Origin: Gekko japonicus | Taxonomy: Eukaryota | DNA: 64,000 nt | Direction: 5' to 3' | NCBI RefSeq assembly: GCF_001447785.1 | Contig: NW_015167593.1 | Location: 186,001 to 250,000 of the forward strand | Shown: one piece after another, positions 37,044-49,224 of the stretch | How the letters are laid out: every line of letters begins with the position of its first letter | Numbering within the stretch: the stretch's first letter is position 1 | Notes under the pieces: generated by a model | Database searches by the model: none | Seen by the model: the letters and a program-made list of their open reading frames with translations, nothing else | What the model was told of the DNA's origin: nothing | Position numbers and translations under genes: made by a program

Positions 37044-38594
37044 TCTGAATCCTCAGCTGGAGCCAGCAACTGAAATAAAAGAAAGAGCAATGAAAGTGGA
37101 CGGATTAGACAATGGGATCCCGTGACAACACAATGGAGCTGTTCAGGTTTTCGGTTAGCTGTAACCCTTTCCCCCTCCAGGGGATTTGAGCATCCGGAGC
37201 GGCAGAGAACTTTCTCCAGTTTGCATTGCTGCACTGAAGCCACCCGACTGCAGCTTGTTTGCAGACACTGGTATTTAGGTACTCCTTATGCCCTGGCACT
37301 GAAGAACGTAATATCCAACAGCACTAAGAGGATGATGCTTTTGCTCCACGGCAGGTCTCCTTATGAGTATTTTAAGCCACTCTCCAGCTTCCGGAAGTCA
37401 AACTGAGAATCTAGGGCTGAGTCACTCTGGATGCAATGCAGACGACCCTCACACTTATTCAGTTATAGCAAAGCAGTTGTACAATTTCACTCATCTGATA
37501 TGAACACTGAATGCCTTCAATTGAACGGATGTGGCAGGGTTGTTGCGTCGCTCCCCTGACTGCCTAACTAAACACTCTTGCTAGTGGAATATAATCTGTG
37601 GTGCTTGTAGTGCAAAGGATAGATGCCAGCCCTGAAGCTGGGACAGACTACCAATCCTGGCCCAAGTCATGAAGATACCACACAGTGCTCACAGCATTCT
37701 TATCTTTTGCCAGTGAAGACCTACAGCTTTTAGGCCAAGAAAGCAAGAACACACAAGCAACTGCCATAATGATGTTCTGGTTTCCATTTTTTACTGTCAC
37801 CCTCTACGCACGAGAGCAGCTGTGCTGAGCAACACAGTGTGCTGCCCTAGAAACAGTAAAGCGGGGGGAGATATAGGGGAGCAGGAGGTCAGCGCCAGTT
37901 TCCTGTATTTGCAAGACCTAATTAAAATCAGAATCCATCAACGGATTCAAAAGAGTGCGTGGTTCGCTTTTCCAAGGTTGATTTTTAGTGTACAAATAGG
38001 TGAGATGGGAGATAACTTCACACTGGCAGAAGCAGCATTGGCAGTTACTGTGGCTTTGTACAATAGTGTATATCTAAACGCACAAGTCGAGGGAAATCCC
38101 AGTGATCTCAGAGGGCAGCTGTGACTCAGCAGGGGAGGGGCTGTGGCTCAGTGAAAGAGCCTCTGCTTTACATGCAGAAGGTCCCAGGTTCGATCCCCAG
38201 CATCTCCAGTTGAAAGGACCAGGTAGTAGTTGATATAGAAGACCTTTGCCTGAGATCCTAAAGAACCACTCCCAGTCTAAGGAGACAACGCTGATGGTGA
38301 TGGACCGATGGTCGTATTCAGCATAAGGCAGCTTCATGCACGTGGTTATTGCTTCAGTTGTAAGAGAAGGAAACTGAGAAACAACTCATCAAGAACAAGA
38401 CTAGGAGCAGCAACTTCCCTACAATGCAAGCTTCCAGACAAAACTTTAGCAAAGAGTGAGGATGAAGCAACCATTTTTGTGCAGGACCCAGAAAATGGAA
38501 ACTCATATTAAAGAGTAAGCGGAGCATTAAAAATGCTGCATTGCTCTAGGAGATCTGAAGATTAAAACTGAAGACTATCTGCTGTCAGCTACAC

Positions 38595-38974
38595 TGCCAT
38601 TGTAAAGGGGGGGAAGGCAGGAGGCTGCTGGGTGAACATCTTAATGTGTTGGAATGTTAACTTTTCATTTATTTCACTGTGCCTTATCTCTTAACTGGGC
38701 TTCTGACCCTGGTACCTCGTTCCTGTTGCTTCGCTGGGAATCTGAACCCTGGGAATCCGAACCCGTTAGTTTAGGTGCGTTGCAGCTCATCCTCTGATTG
38801 GCCTTATTCCATCAGGGGACCCCACTTTGAATCCGGTATAACTTCCCCTCTCCCACCCTTGTAGTTAGATCTAACACTGAATGTCTGGACAGATGACCTA
38901 CCTTTACTGTACTCAATAAACCTGATCCTTCTGAAGGAACGTTGTTGAAACAGATTCCTGTGGGACTCTTGACA
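38595..38974 (+). mobile_element. Solo LTR-like element
   Basis: TG..CA ends, inverted CCAAT (CTGATTGG), TATA-like box, AATAAA; homologous to 43827-44171; TSD not evident. Confidence 0.65.
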
Positions 38975-41571
38975 CCTGCTCCCTCAAGAAACTAGTACCC
39001 TCTGCCAGGACAATATACTCCCTCTCTTCCTTCAAATACCTCTCCAAATCCCACCTTTCTATGAAGCATCTGGAACACTTTTAGTACTCCTCTAAAGATG
39101 CAAAGAACCGAAATACACACACATTCCCCCCCCACACACACTCAGGAGCTTTTTTATTATTGGGGGAAAAAATGAAATTTTGGGGAGCCCTGAATAAGAA
39201 TTTTGGGGACTGAGTGAAATACTATTCAAAAACAAGTTATTCCCCCAAAATGTAAAGTATGACCATTCTTATGTAGGACAATCTACAGCACGATGATTCC
39301 TGTGTGTACTGCAGACACCACTTATTTCCAAAGATGTTACAGGGATTGGAAAAGAAGTCCCCCGCCCATTACTTCAAAATTTCCAAATAGGTCACATCTC
39401 CGTCCTTGTCTCCTAACTGAAACGAAATAAATGCTTCTTTACTGAATGCACCATTTTCTCTTGCCTCCAGCTCCCCCAGCCTTTCTGTTGCCTCCCTTGA
39501 TTTTTGCATTGTAAGGTTCTTGTAGCAGGGACCCTGTTAGTACAGTCGGCATTTTGCAAAGCAGTGGGCACACTAAGAGAACTATATAAATACATGAAAT
39601 TAAAATTATATCACCCCCCCCCCCAGAAAGCATTTTAGAAAGGCATGCCTAACTAGCACAGATGGACACTATCAAGCATGCCCTATTAAAGCATCACACA
39701 GCCATACATGCAATGAGCAGCAAGATAAATGTGTGTGTGGGGGGGTGTCAACTATCTCAGAAGCGCATGCAGAAAGCATCGAGTTAGTTCTAGTGGCAAT
39801 AAACATTTCTCAACTATAGCAAGAACAATGCAGAGAACTGAGACTGCTGAAAGAAAGCTCTGGGCAAACAGCTAATCTGCCATAACCTTTTCCGAGAGTG
39901 AGTATACACAGCTTGACTTGCACGGTCATTTTAATCTGGGATTAATGCGACCATGGAAACATAGTCCATTCAGAAGGCTAAAAGGGTCTATGGGTTTTGA
40001 ACGGATGCCTATTCTTTCCTGCGCTGCACAGAAGGACGTCAGAAAACTATTTCATCCCGTTTCCAGAAACATAGGCTATCAACTACCGAGCAAAGGCGTG
40101 ACCTAACCAGTTCCTGGATGACTTCCCCCCACTGAAGGAGAACAGGATTCGGGATTGGTACCCAAAGAACAAAAAAGCAACTGCCCTAAGTGCACACCCA
40201 GGTGTTCTCTGATGCTCCACATCTGTTGAACTCTCTTTCCCTGACAAATCTGAAAAGCTCATTAGCTCATTTTCTGTAACATGTTACAGGAGTGGCTTAT
40301 TTGCTCTCTTTTTATTCCAGATGTTTTGTCACTAACCTAATGCTACTTGCCCAAAGTAGACAGAAATATAAGTTCTACATAAAACCTTCATAGTAAAAAA
40401 AAACCCCACACCTCAAACACTATTGCTGCCTCTTTGTTACTTGTAAGCAGCAATTTGATTAGCCTGCAGATTAAGATAACAGCTCCTTTGCTTCAGTATC
40501 TTCCCCAGAACACGGCTGCCCAATGCAGATGTCCTTGGTAGCGTAATCCTAAAAACACTTCCCTGGGAGTAAACCTCACTGAGCAAGAGATTCTTACTAA
40601 AAGGCAACACTAATTCTTACTAAAAGGCATACCAGGTTCCATAAAAAGTGAACCCCAATACACAAATCTCAAAGATGGCAGCATTTCTATGTTCTTAGCT
40701 TATTTGGAAAATCAGAGTATTCACAGTTTCACTGGCACACAAAGCTATATTGTTTCCACAATGATAAGTGTCATTCCAATTATTTATGAGTTTTTGTTTT
40801 ACTCCCTTTAGGACGGCACTTGTCATCTGATTTCATGCCCTTGCAGAGCAGGTAAGCCGCTCTCTCTTTTCAGCATTCTGTTTCTCCTCTTCTTAGCACG
40901 CTCCTTCTAATGTAAACCGCACAGGCAGCCATGTTCGGTGCCACATGGGCATTAGGCAGGCACTCAAGCTTAATGCTTGCCTTGAACCAAAACGTCAGCT
41001 GGGAATGTATACAATGTACACCATTGTTCAGGGAACCCTCGATGTCTAAATGGAGAAGGCTTGGAAGCGTGCTACCTTTCCCTAATGCAAGGTCCACTTC
41101 AGCTTAAGATCGTCATGGCTGCTCCCAGTCTCAAGGCTGGGCTGAAATACGTCTTCAGTATGTTACAAAAATGCACGACACTCTGGAATTTGACCAGCAC
41201 CTTGCCAACAAACCCCACAGAACAGTACTAGCTGTAGCATGGCTGCCCTCACATACTTATGTTTTTATGCATTGATCTTAAAAATTTCGATCCCGCCTTT
41301 CTCCCCAACGGGAACCCAAAGCAGCTTGAAGTCCCATTCTCTCCTCCTCCATTTTTATCTTATCAACCATCCTGTGAGGTAGGTTCAACTGAGATAGAGC
41401 AACTGGCCCAAGGTAACCCAGCGAACTTCCATGGCGATGTGGGGATTCAAACCTGGGTCTCCCAGACGCTAACCTGACGCTTAGCCGTTAGACTACACTG
41501 TACATCTGTCATGCAACTTCCTCCCAAGTAGAATACACCCCATTTTCCTCTTCTCTAAGGAATCTCAAAGC

Positions 41572-41791
41572 TAGGGTTGCCAGCCTCCAGGTGGGGCCTG
41601 GAGCTCTCCCGCTTTTACCACTGATCCCCAGCAGGCAGAGATCAGCTCCTCTGGAGAAAATGGCTGCTTTGAAAGGTGGACTCTATGGCCTTGTACCATG
41701 CTGAGGCCCCTCCCCTCCCCAAACACCACCCTCTCCTGGATCCACCCCCAAAGTCTCCAGGTTATTTTCCAACCCAGAGCTCGCAACCCTA
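41572..41791. mobile_element. hAT-type MITE (TIR TAGGGTTGC)
   Basis: TIRs TAGGGTTGC / GCAACCCTA; 8-bp TSD CTCAAAGC. Confidence 0.85.
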
Positions 41792-43826
41792 CTCAAAGCA
41801 GCTTACAATCTCACCTTCCCTTCCTCTCCCCACAACATGTACCTTATGAGGTAGGTGGGGCTGAGAGAGCTCTGAGAAAACTGTGAATGGCCCAAAGTCA
41901 GCTGGCAGGCTCAGTGTGGAGAAGTTGGGAATCCAACCTGGTTCTCCAGATCAGGGTCTGCTGCTCTTAACCATTATAGCAGTAAATTTCCTAACGTTTC
42001 CATGCCTGATCACCTGGAGGAGATTTTTACTTGCCAGGGAAGAGTGGCTGTTTACAAACCACCTTTCTGGGGAAAGCAACAGTTCACTCTGGCAGAAACT
42101 CTCACGTCTCCTCTCGCACTATTTCTAATGGTAGGCAAACCACCACTGGCTTTAATACCAATACCGAACCATTAAGTTGCTACAGTAGTGCAGATGTAAC
42201 AGCACAAAACGTTAATTTCAAGGACAAGTGTTAAGTCTGAGGGAAATCCAGTTTTCTATATGTGTTAGAAGTCACAAAGAAGACTCTGTACCATGGAAAG
42301 CAACTCTTTTGTACCAAATATATGTCCCAGGGAAGGCAAATGCTGGCAATGTTAGTTCAAGTTTTAGTATTATATGAAATGCCAATGGCATACTGCACGG
42401 ACTCTTGGTTCTATCCCTAATGCTCCTGCTTCAATGACTGTTCAAATTGAGTCAAGGATATGACATTTACACAGTCTCCCCTGTCCCACTGAACAAAGCC
42501 ACAAGCATTTTAGGATCATTCTTCACAACTCTATGGAGTCTGCCATGACTACCTTTTCCCTCTGCATTTTCTGCTAGCAGTTCCTCCCAGGGCTATACCT
42601 TATACTACACATAAAAATTTTCACGGGGGGACAGTGGAATGCCTCCTTGGGTCAATTTCACTTACACTAACAAAAGCAATAAAATAAGAATTTTACAATG
42701 CTCATGGTTCACTGGAGTCTCATAGCTTCCAAAATACTAATTTTTTAAAAAAATCACAGAGGTTTTTGAAATAGCAGAGGCAACAGTATGAGCAAAGGGA
42801 ACAACTTCATCAGTATTCACTTTTGGGGGGCTTTGTTTCTGGTTAAGGGTGTACAGAGCTGTGCCAGCAGTGGTACAGCTATGGAAAATAACATTATACC
42901 CCACCCTGAGCCTGCTTTGGTGGGGAGGGTATAAATTAAATAAACAAACAATGTGAAGCAGCCAGAACTGAGGATAGTCACATGTTTCAGTCTGGGGAGG
43001 GAAAAAATCTAGTTCTGATTTTGTTGTTGCTGCTGTTTGTGACAATGTCGGTCTTACTAAAACCCCAGTTTGGGAAAGGTCTCCACCCACCTAGCAAAAG
43101 AGACATACTAATGCTAAGACACTCCCCACCCACCCCCCGCAAAGAAGGGAATTTCTGGTTCCAGAACACAAGGACCAAAACTCAAATTGTTAGCCTTCTG
43201 AAAATGTTAGCCTTCCTCAGTCTCTCCTCTCCTAGATGGATCGCGGCACAACAGCTTAAATGGATAAGGAGGTTTCTTGAGGAGCTGACATTTGTTTCTA
43301 GACTATAAGTTTTGGACACAGAGCTATTACACACCACTCTTCTAATGTAAACACCCAATGGTGTCCTCTTGTACAGCATTCATTCACTCCCTTCTAGTCT
43401 GACTTGTACTTCCCTTTGCGGTACCTTTCTTTAGTTCTTCTAGTTACTTCCCTGAAAGAGATTACACACATGAAGTGAGCACTTGGTGAGTCTGTACGAA
43501 TACAGTTGGTTCCCTTACTTTCCTATTTGTTATCCCAGAAAATAATGCTGATCTTTTAACTTATTAGTATATACCTCAACAGCCTGAGAGACCATCAACA
43601 TCTTCTGTGCTTTAAATCATCATCAGAGCCCATGGAGCAGTGACCAGAAGTCCCAAGAAACACCTGGAGAGACTGGGCATTGAGCAAATAACACCATCTC
43701 AGGTCCAGAAGACAGTGTTGCTTGGAACAGCAAGAATCCCGTGAAGATACATCTGCAATTCCCAAAAACCTGCAGAACACCATCTACCAATCAAATCTAT
43801 GGTAATTCATAATAATAATAGTGTGC

Positions 43827-44171
43827 TGTCATTGTATGGGGGGGAGGCAGCTGGGTGAGCGCCTTCATGTTCTGGAATTTTAGCCTTCACTTCTTCTACT
43901 GTGTCTTATCTGTTAGCCTGACCTTGGTACTTCGTGCGCTTTGCCTTGCCTGGGAACCACCCCATTATTTTCGGCACGCAAGGCTTGCACCTCTGATTGG
44001 CTCAGCTCCATCAGGGGGGGTCTCACTTTGAATGTAGTATATCTTCTCTCCCGCCAGGAGAGTTAGCTCTAACAAAGAATGTATGCACGGATGAGCTGCC
44101 TTTCCTATCTTCAATAAACTTGATCCTTCTGAAGAAACGTTGTTGAGACTGATTGCTGTGGGACTCTGGCA
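43827..44171 (+). mobile_element. Solo LTR-like element, diverged relative of 38595-38974
   Basis: TGTCATTGTA start, CTGGCA end, shared CAATAAACxTGATCCTTCTGAAG..AACGTTGTTGA block. Confidence 0.65.
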
Positions 44172-44542
44172 CTCAAAGCAACCCTAGGGTGATGAGATGA
44201 GCAAAGGTGATTTGCCATTCCTGTCCTCTGCATAACAGCCTTGGACTCCCATCCAGGTACTAACCATGTGGGACCCTGCTTAGCTGCCATGGTCTGATGA
44301 CACGTGGGGTTTATTCAGGCTGCTACTTTGAATGCTACTATACAGATTTTCATATACCATCATCCTGCCTCCCTGCAGGAAAAATCCTCAGCATTTAAAC
44401 ATGCTGACACCTAGGAGAGTGATAGAAATCCCAATACCACCAAATTCAATTTATGGCATAATGCACTTATGAACATTCAGTTTTGCAAGCATATCTCCAG
44501 TGGTTTAGTAATTTATTTACTTAGATTTACTGGGGATTTACT

Positions 44543-44884
44543 GCGGTGGCTCAAGTGGTTAAGACGCTGAACTGCAGGCTGTGGAAGGTCAGTAGTTCAG
44601 CAGTTCGAGACCCGGGTGCCGCATGATGGAGTGAGCTCCCATCTCTAGTTCCCGTTCCTGCCAATCTAGCAGTTTGAAAGCAAGAAATTGCAAGTAGATA
44701 ATAAATAGGTACCACTTCGGTGGGAAGGTAACAGCGTCCGTGCGCCTTGGTGTTTAGTCATGCCAGCCACATGACCACGGAAACGTCTTCGGACAGCGCT
44801 GGCTCTTCGGCTTGGAAACGGAGATGAGCACCGCAACCCTAGAGTAGGATTTGACTGGCTTTCGAGCAAGGGAACCTTTACCTT
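44543..44884 (+). mobile_element. Sauria SINE
   Basis: Near-identical reverse complement of 33498-33845; 17-bp TSD TTTACTGGGGATTTACT. Confidence 0.88.
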
Positions 44885-45613
44885 TTTACTGGGGATTTAC
44901 TTAGGATTTCATTTGTGTGCATACTTTTGTATCATGTGCAAGTTTCACCACCTTACCCTTGTGTGTTTTTACAGTGATTAATTTGTTAACAGGAAAGATC
45001 CTAGCCCAAATACTTAGGCCAGAAGACTTCCTCACATTGATTTACAACAGACTGTTGTTTAGCATCACTCAAGGTTTAAAGAGGTCCCTTATCTGCCTTG
45101 AAGGACTTCATCAAGGCTTTCTAATGAACTACTCATCCTTAACAGCATGTTCGACAATCATACCTGAAGTAGAATTTTAAAAACCCACATCAAGTCTTTA
45201 ACAGATTGTTGTTTCCAATTTCTTTATTTATGCCCAGACCCAATGGGAACCCAAAGTGCCTTATCGCGATAAGTTATTGCATTCTCCTCTCCTCCAATAT
45301 TACTCTTTCAACAACCATGTGAAATAGGTTAAGCCGAGTCTGTATGACTGGCCCAAGGCCACCCAGCAAGCTTCCATGGCAGGGAGGGGATTTAAAGCTG
45401 TGTGTGCCAGAACCTAGGCCAACACAGCCATTTAGAAGAAGTCACAGGCCCCGAGTTCTTTGATCTAACCTGCAGCAACAGTCCTATCTTTTTATTTTAA
45501 AAAATGCTTGTTGCACTTTTAGAACCCCACGTGAATGGTGCATAACTTACAGAAACACAGAAGAAAGGCCCGTCAAACTCACACAAACAGGCAGCTCCCT
45601 AGGCAGCTCCCAG

Positions 45614-45819
45614 CAAGTGTTTCCTCTAAGCTGAATTAGTGTGAGCTAGCTCAGTTTTTTAGCTTCCGGCTCACGCCTTTTTGTTTCAGCTCAGGAAAAA
45701 TGGCTCCAGAGCAAACTAATTTATGCGGTAGCCAAATCGCTCGCTCACAACTTTGATGCCAGTAGTTCACAAAGTAGAATTTTTGCTCACAAGACTCCAC
45801 AACTCAGAGGGGAGCATTG
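45614..45819. mobile_element. hAT-type MITE, same family
   Basis: Sequence match to 7445-7614; TSD not clear. Confidence 0.75.
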
Positions 45820-46099
45820 CAAACAGTCCTGAACCTGAGGCAGTGCTCCGGATATTCGGGAGGGTTAACGAACGGGGGGGGGGGGGGGGGGGGGGGGAGA
45901 GCAAGCGTTCCCCCACCCCGGCCAATACTAAAAAGAGAATCCGGAGGCACTTGCAATGTAAGCCTGATGAAGTAAACTCTGACTCAGAAAAGTTTATACT
46001 GAAACAAAAATGGATTCGTCCGTAAGGAGCCAAAAGACTCCAGTTTCATTCGGCTGCAACAGACTTAACACAACTCTATCCTTGTTGCGAAATTGTCCA

Positions 46100-46880
46100 T
46101 TTTAAAACACCAGAAACTTAGGCGCTCGTATGCCTGCGGAAGGGCGCTTCCGCCACAACCCGCGCACGTGGTGGGGCCCGGCGCTCGAATGCACGCGGGA
46201 AACCCGAGGGGCGTAACATCTTCAGACGTGAGCACCAAAAGCGACAGAGAGCGAGGCTTGCACCGGCGTATGAGCAAGAGGAAAGCTGTCTGCGCTGCTC
46301 GGCCACAAAAAGCCAGGCACAAAAGCCCCGCGCGGTCCGCTCCTGGCTCGCCGGCACACCCACTGCCTCGCCCTTCCCCGCTCTTAGAGAGGCCTTTTGG
46401 GGAAAAGGGGGGGGAGGGGGGACGGAGACCAGGCGCGCCCCCGCTGGCCAGGCCGAGCCCACGACCTCCAGGGAGCCGGGAGACCCGCCCTGCTACTTCC
46501 GTCCACCCATCCCGCGCCTGTTGGAAGCGCGTCGCAGAGGCACTCACCTCACAGCTCCCACTAGGCTAATGGCGGCAGCGGCGGCACCGAGAGCGGCCCG
46601 AACCCACTGAGCCCCCCTCTCTCTCGCTCCCTCTCCCTCACTCTCTCTGGCCCCCGCCTCTTCCGGGCCACGCCTCGGCCGCCGCCCGGCATGCTGGGGA
46701 AGAGAGTCCCGCCGGCGGAATGCGCGAGCCCTTTCTGGAAAAAGGGTGCACTACAAATCCCGTCGCGCATCGCGATGAAAGGCTTCTGGGCTTGACGGGC
46801 CGCAAAGCATTGTGGGGAAGCAAAGCATTGTGGGGAAGCAAAGGGTGGCGCTTTTTTTTTTTTGCTGGCGGTGCCCGAGG
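46100..46880. promoter_or_regulatory. NUTF2 CpG-island promoter with ZNF143/THAP11-type sites
   Basis: ACTACAAATCCC at 46750-46761; tandem 18-mer (reverse complement TTCCCCACAATGCTTTGC) at 46802-46843; CTTCCGG ETS-like motif. Confidence 0.75.
46548..46650 (-). other. NUTF2: Probable NUTF2 non-coding exon 1 (5' boundary approximate)
   Basis: Strong donor GAG|GTGAGTG at 46547 inside a CpG island; YY1-like GCCGCCATTAG within the exon. Confidence 0.7.
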
Positions 46881-47047
46881 GAGGGGGGTAGCAGAGCACT
46901 TCTGAAGAGTTTCGCTCTTTCACAGACATTGAAGAACGCACTTTCAGTCCGCGTTAACAGTGTTTCCAACTGGATGTTGCTGTTTTCACACGGTAAAATC
47001 CAGTTGCAACGTGTGTGGAAAGTGCATTATTCAGCTGCATGTATGAT

Positions 47048-47720
47048 TTGTTGTTGTTGTTGTTGTTCAGTCGCACAGTCGAGTCCGACTCTTCGCGACC
47101 CCATGGATCATCTCCCGCCAGGCCCTCCTGTCTTCCCCCGTCCTCTGAAGTTGGCTCAACTTCATGTTCGTTGCATCTATGACACTGTCTAACCATCTCA
47201 TCCTTTGGCGTCCCCGTCTTCTTTGACCTTCAATCTTTCCCAGCATCAGGGTCTTCTCCAGTGAGGGCTCCCTTCTCATTTGGTGGCCAAAGTATTGGAG
47301 CTTCAGTTTCATTATCTGGCCTTCCAGGGAACAGTCAGGGTTGATTTCTTTTAGGACTGACTGATTTGATCTTCTTGCAGTCCAAGGGACTCTCAAAAGG
47401 TATCTCCAGCACCATAGTTCAAAAGAATATTCTTCGGCGCTCAGCCTTCCTTATAGTCCAACTCTCGCAGCCATACATGACTACTGGGAATACCATTGCT
47501 TTGACCATGCGGACTTTTGTTGGCAGGGTGATGTCTCTACTTTTTATCATGCTGTTTAGGTTCGCCATCGCTTTCCTCCCAAGGAGCAGGCGTCTTTTAA
47601 TTTCATGGCTGCAGTCACAGTCTGCGGTGATCTGGGATCCCAGGAACGTGAAGTCTGTCACTACTTCCACGACTTCCCCTTCTATTTGCAAAGGAGTGAT
47701 GGGGGCGGATGCCATGATCT
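47048..47720 (-). mobile_element. BovB (RTE clade) LINE 3' fragment
   Basis: EVVTDFTFLGSQITADCDCSHEIKRRLLLGRKAM..YGCESWT..GKIEGQRRRGRQRMRWLD; (CAA)n tail. Confidence 0.9.
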
Positions 47721-49224
47721 AGCCAAAGCAAAAAATGGAGATTCACTGCATGGAAAAAGTAACAAAAGACCAGAAACCCGTGAATATAATAACGAAGAAT
47801 TTATAAAACTAACTTGTAAATAATTATCAAACGTTCCAATCTGAATAAAGAATATTATACAAAATGTCTCTGGTGTCAGTCTAATACTGAAAACACCTCC
47901 AACTCCCAACAAATTTCCTCTCTGAGACAGTCCTTCCCAGTAAAGTAACAAAGTCCGATGTTGAAGGAGACAAGGCAATCCTGTTAACGGGACGGGTAAT
48001 ATCCCGATTCCACGGTTCTTCAGGAAGAGGTACCATGCAACCGAACATAATCCGTATTGTATTTAATCTTGCTGCTTCCTAGTTTGGTCTGATAAGAATA
48101 CTGTAATGTAATAGTAGAACACAATGTAATTTGGAATGCATTTCTCTGGTCTGAGGACAGAGGAGATGCATGGCACAGCTGACTGCATCGCCTCAAAGAA
48201 GAGGATGCTGCACATGCTTAATACAATCTTTTTGGGATGTGTTCATGCTTTAATGCAAGAACCAATTGAGAGGCAACAACATAAGAAACGCTGATGCAGA
48301 GACATTAAAATGCTGCTGTCCATATGCATTTGAGATTAAAGATTCTTTATTACTATAATTGGCTAAGAACAAGGCTCTGGAATTCTGATTAATTACCATG
48401 ACTGTCAGTTTATCACTGTAATGGTGAATGAGGCCGTTAACGGAGTCAGAAAAACTGGAGAGACTTGCATCATGGGCTCATCTTGGGCACAAACAAACCA
48501 CAGAATTACTTCACAATTTGTAAAACTGAAATGACCAGTTTACACACAGCTTCTTTAGTGGATGAAAACAAAGGCCACAATCTAAAGTACAGACTTTAAT
48601 GCTAAGTTTTCTGTGAAACTTTAAAAGACAGTTGCATCTAGACAGTATTATTATGAATTATTAAGTGATGGGAAATCACAACCAGGCCTTGAGATTTTTC
48701 TAGTGTAATTGATACAAGGACTGTTTCTCCCTTTCTCAAGTGGCTCAGACATTTAGTTAAAAAAATATACCAACAAGTCAAGAAGTTGCAAAAGGTTTGT
48801 CTAGTTCTAATTCAGGGGTGTCAAACATAAGACCCAAGGGCCAGAACCAGCACTTCCAGGGCTCCTATGCAGCCTGTGAACAACTACTAGTGCAAGTGAG
48901 GGAACAGGAGATTGCTCAGGGGGAGTGGGCGGAGCCACTCCAATTGTGGCTTCAGCATGGCGGAGCAATCTCGTCTGCAGGAGTCAAGCAGTATGGGAGT
49001 GTCTGCCCAGTGCTGCACTGCTGGCTTTCTAGTCTGACCATATGGGTTTTCCTTTGCATCCCCCTCCCAGCCCATGGGGCCTGGTGATAAGGATACAACA
49101 ACTTTGAGCTTACCAGCTGCTGCCCTTTATACAGTTTCTTTTTTAAAAAATAATCTATTTATTAATTTTCAGACACATAAGCATAACCATATCGTTGAAT
49201 ACATCGCAAGAATAATCAATAAAT

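Noticed and set aside
38130-38210. Possible tRNA gene
   Set aside because: tRNA-like head of a multi-copy SINE with no clean cloverleaf.
38595-44171. Single intact LTR retrotransposon bounded by the two LTR-like units
   Set aside because: The units are too diverged, with no shared TSD, PBS/PPT or gag/pol between them.
46065-47192. Several 110-160 aa ORFs at the NUTF2 promoter
   Set aside because: Chance ORFs in a CpG island and adjacent repeats.
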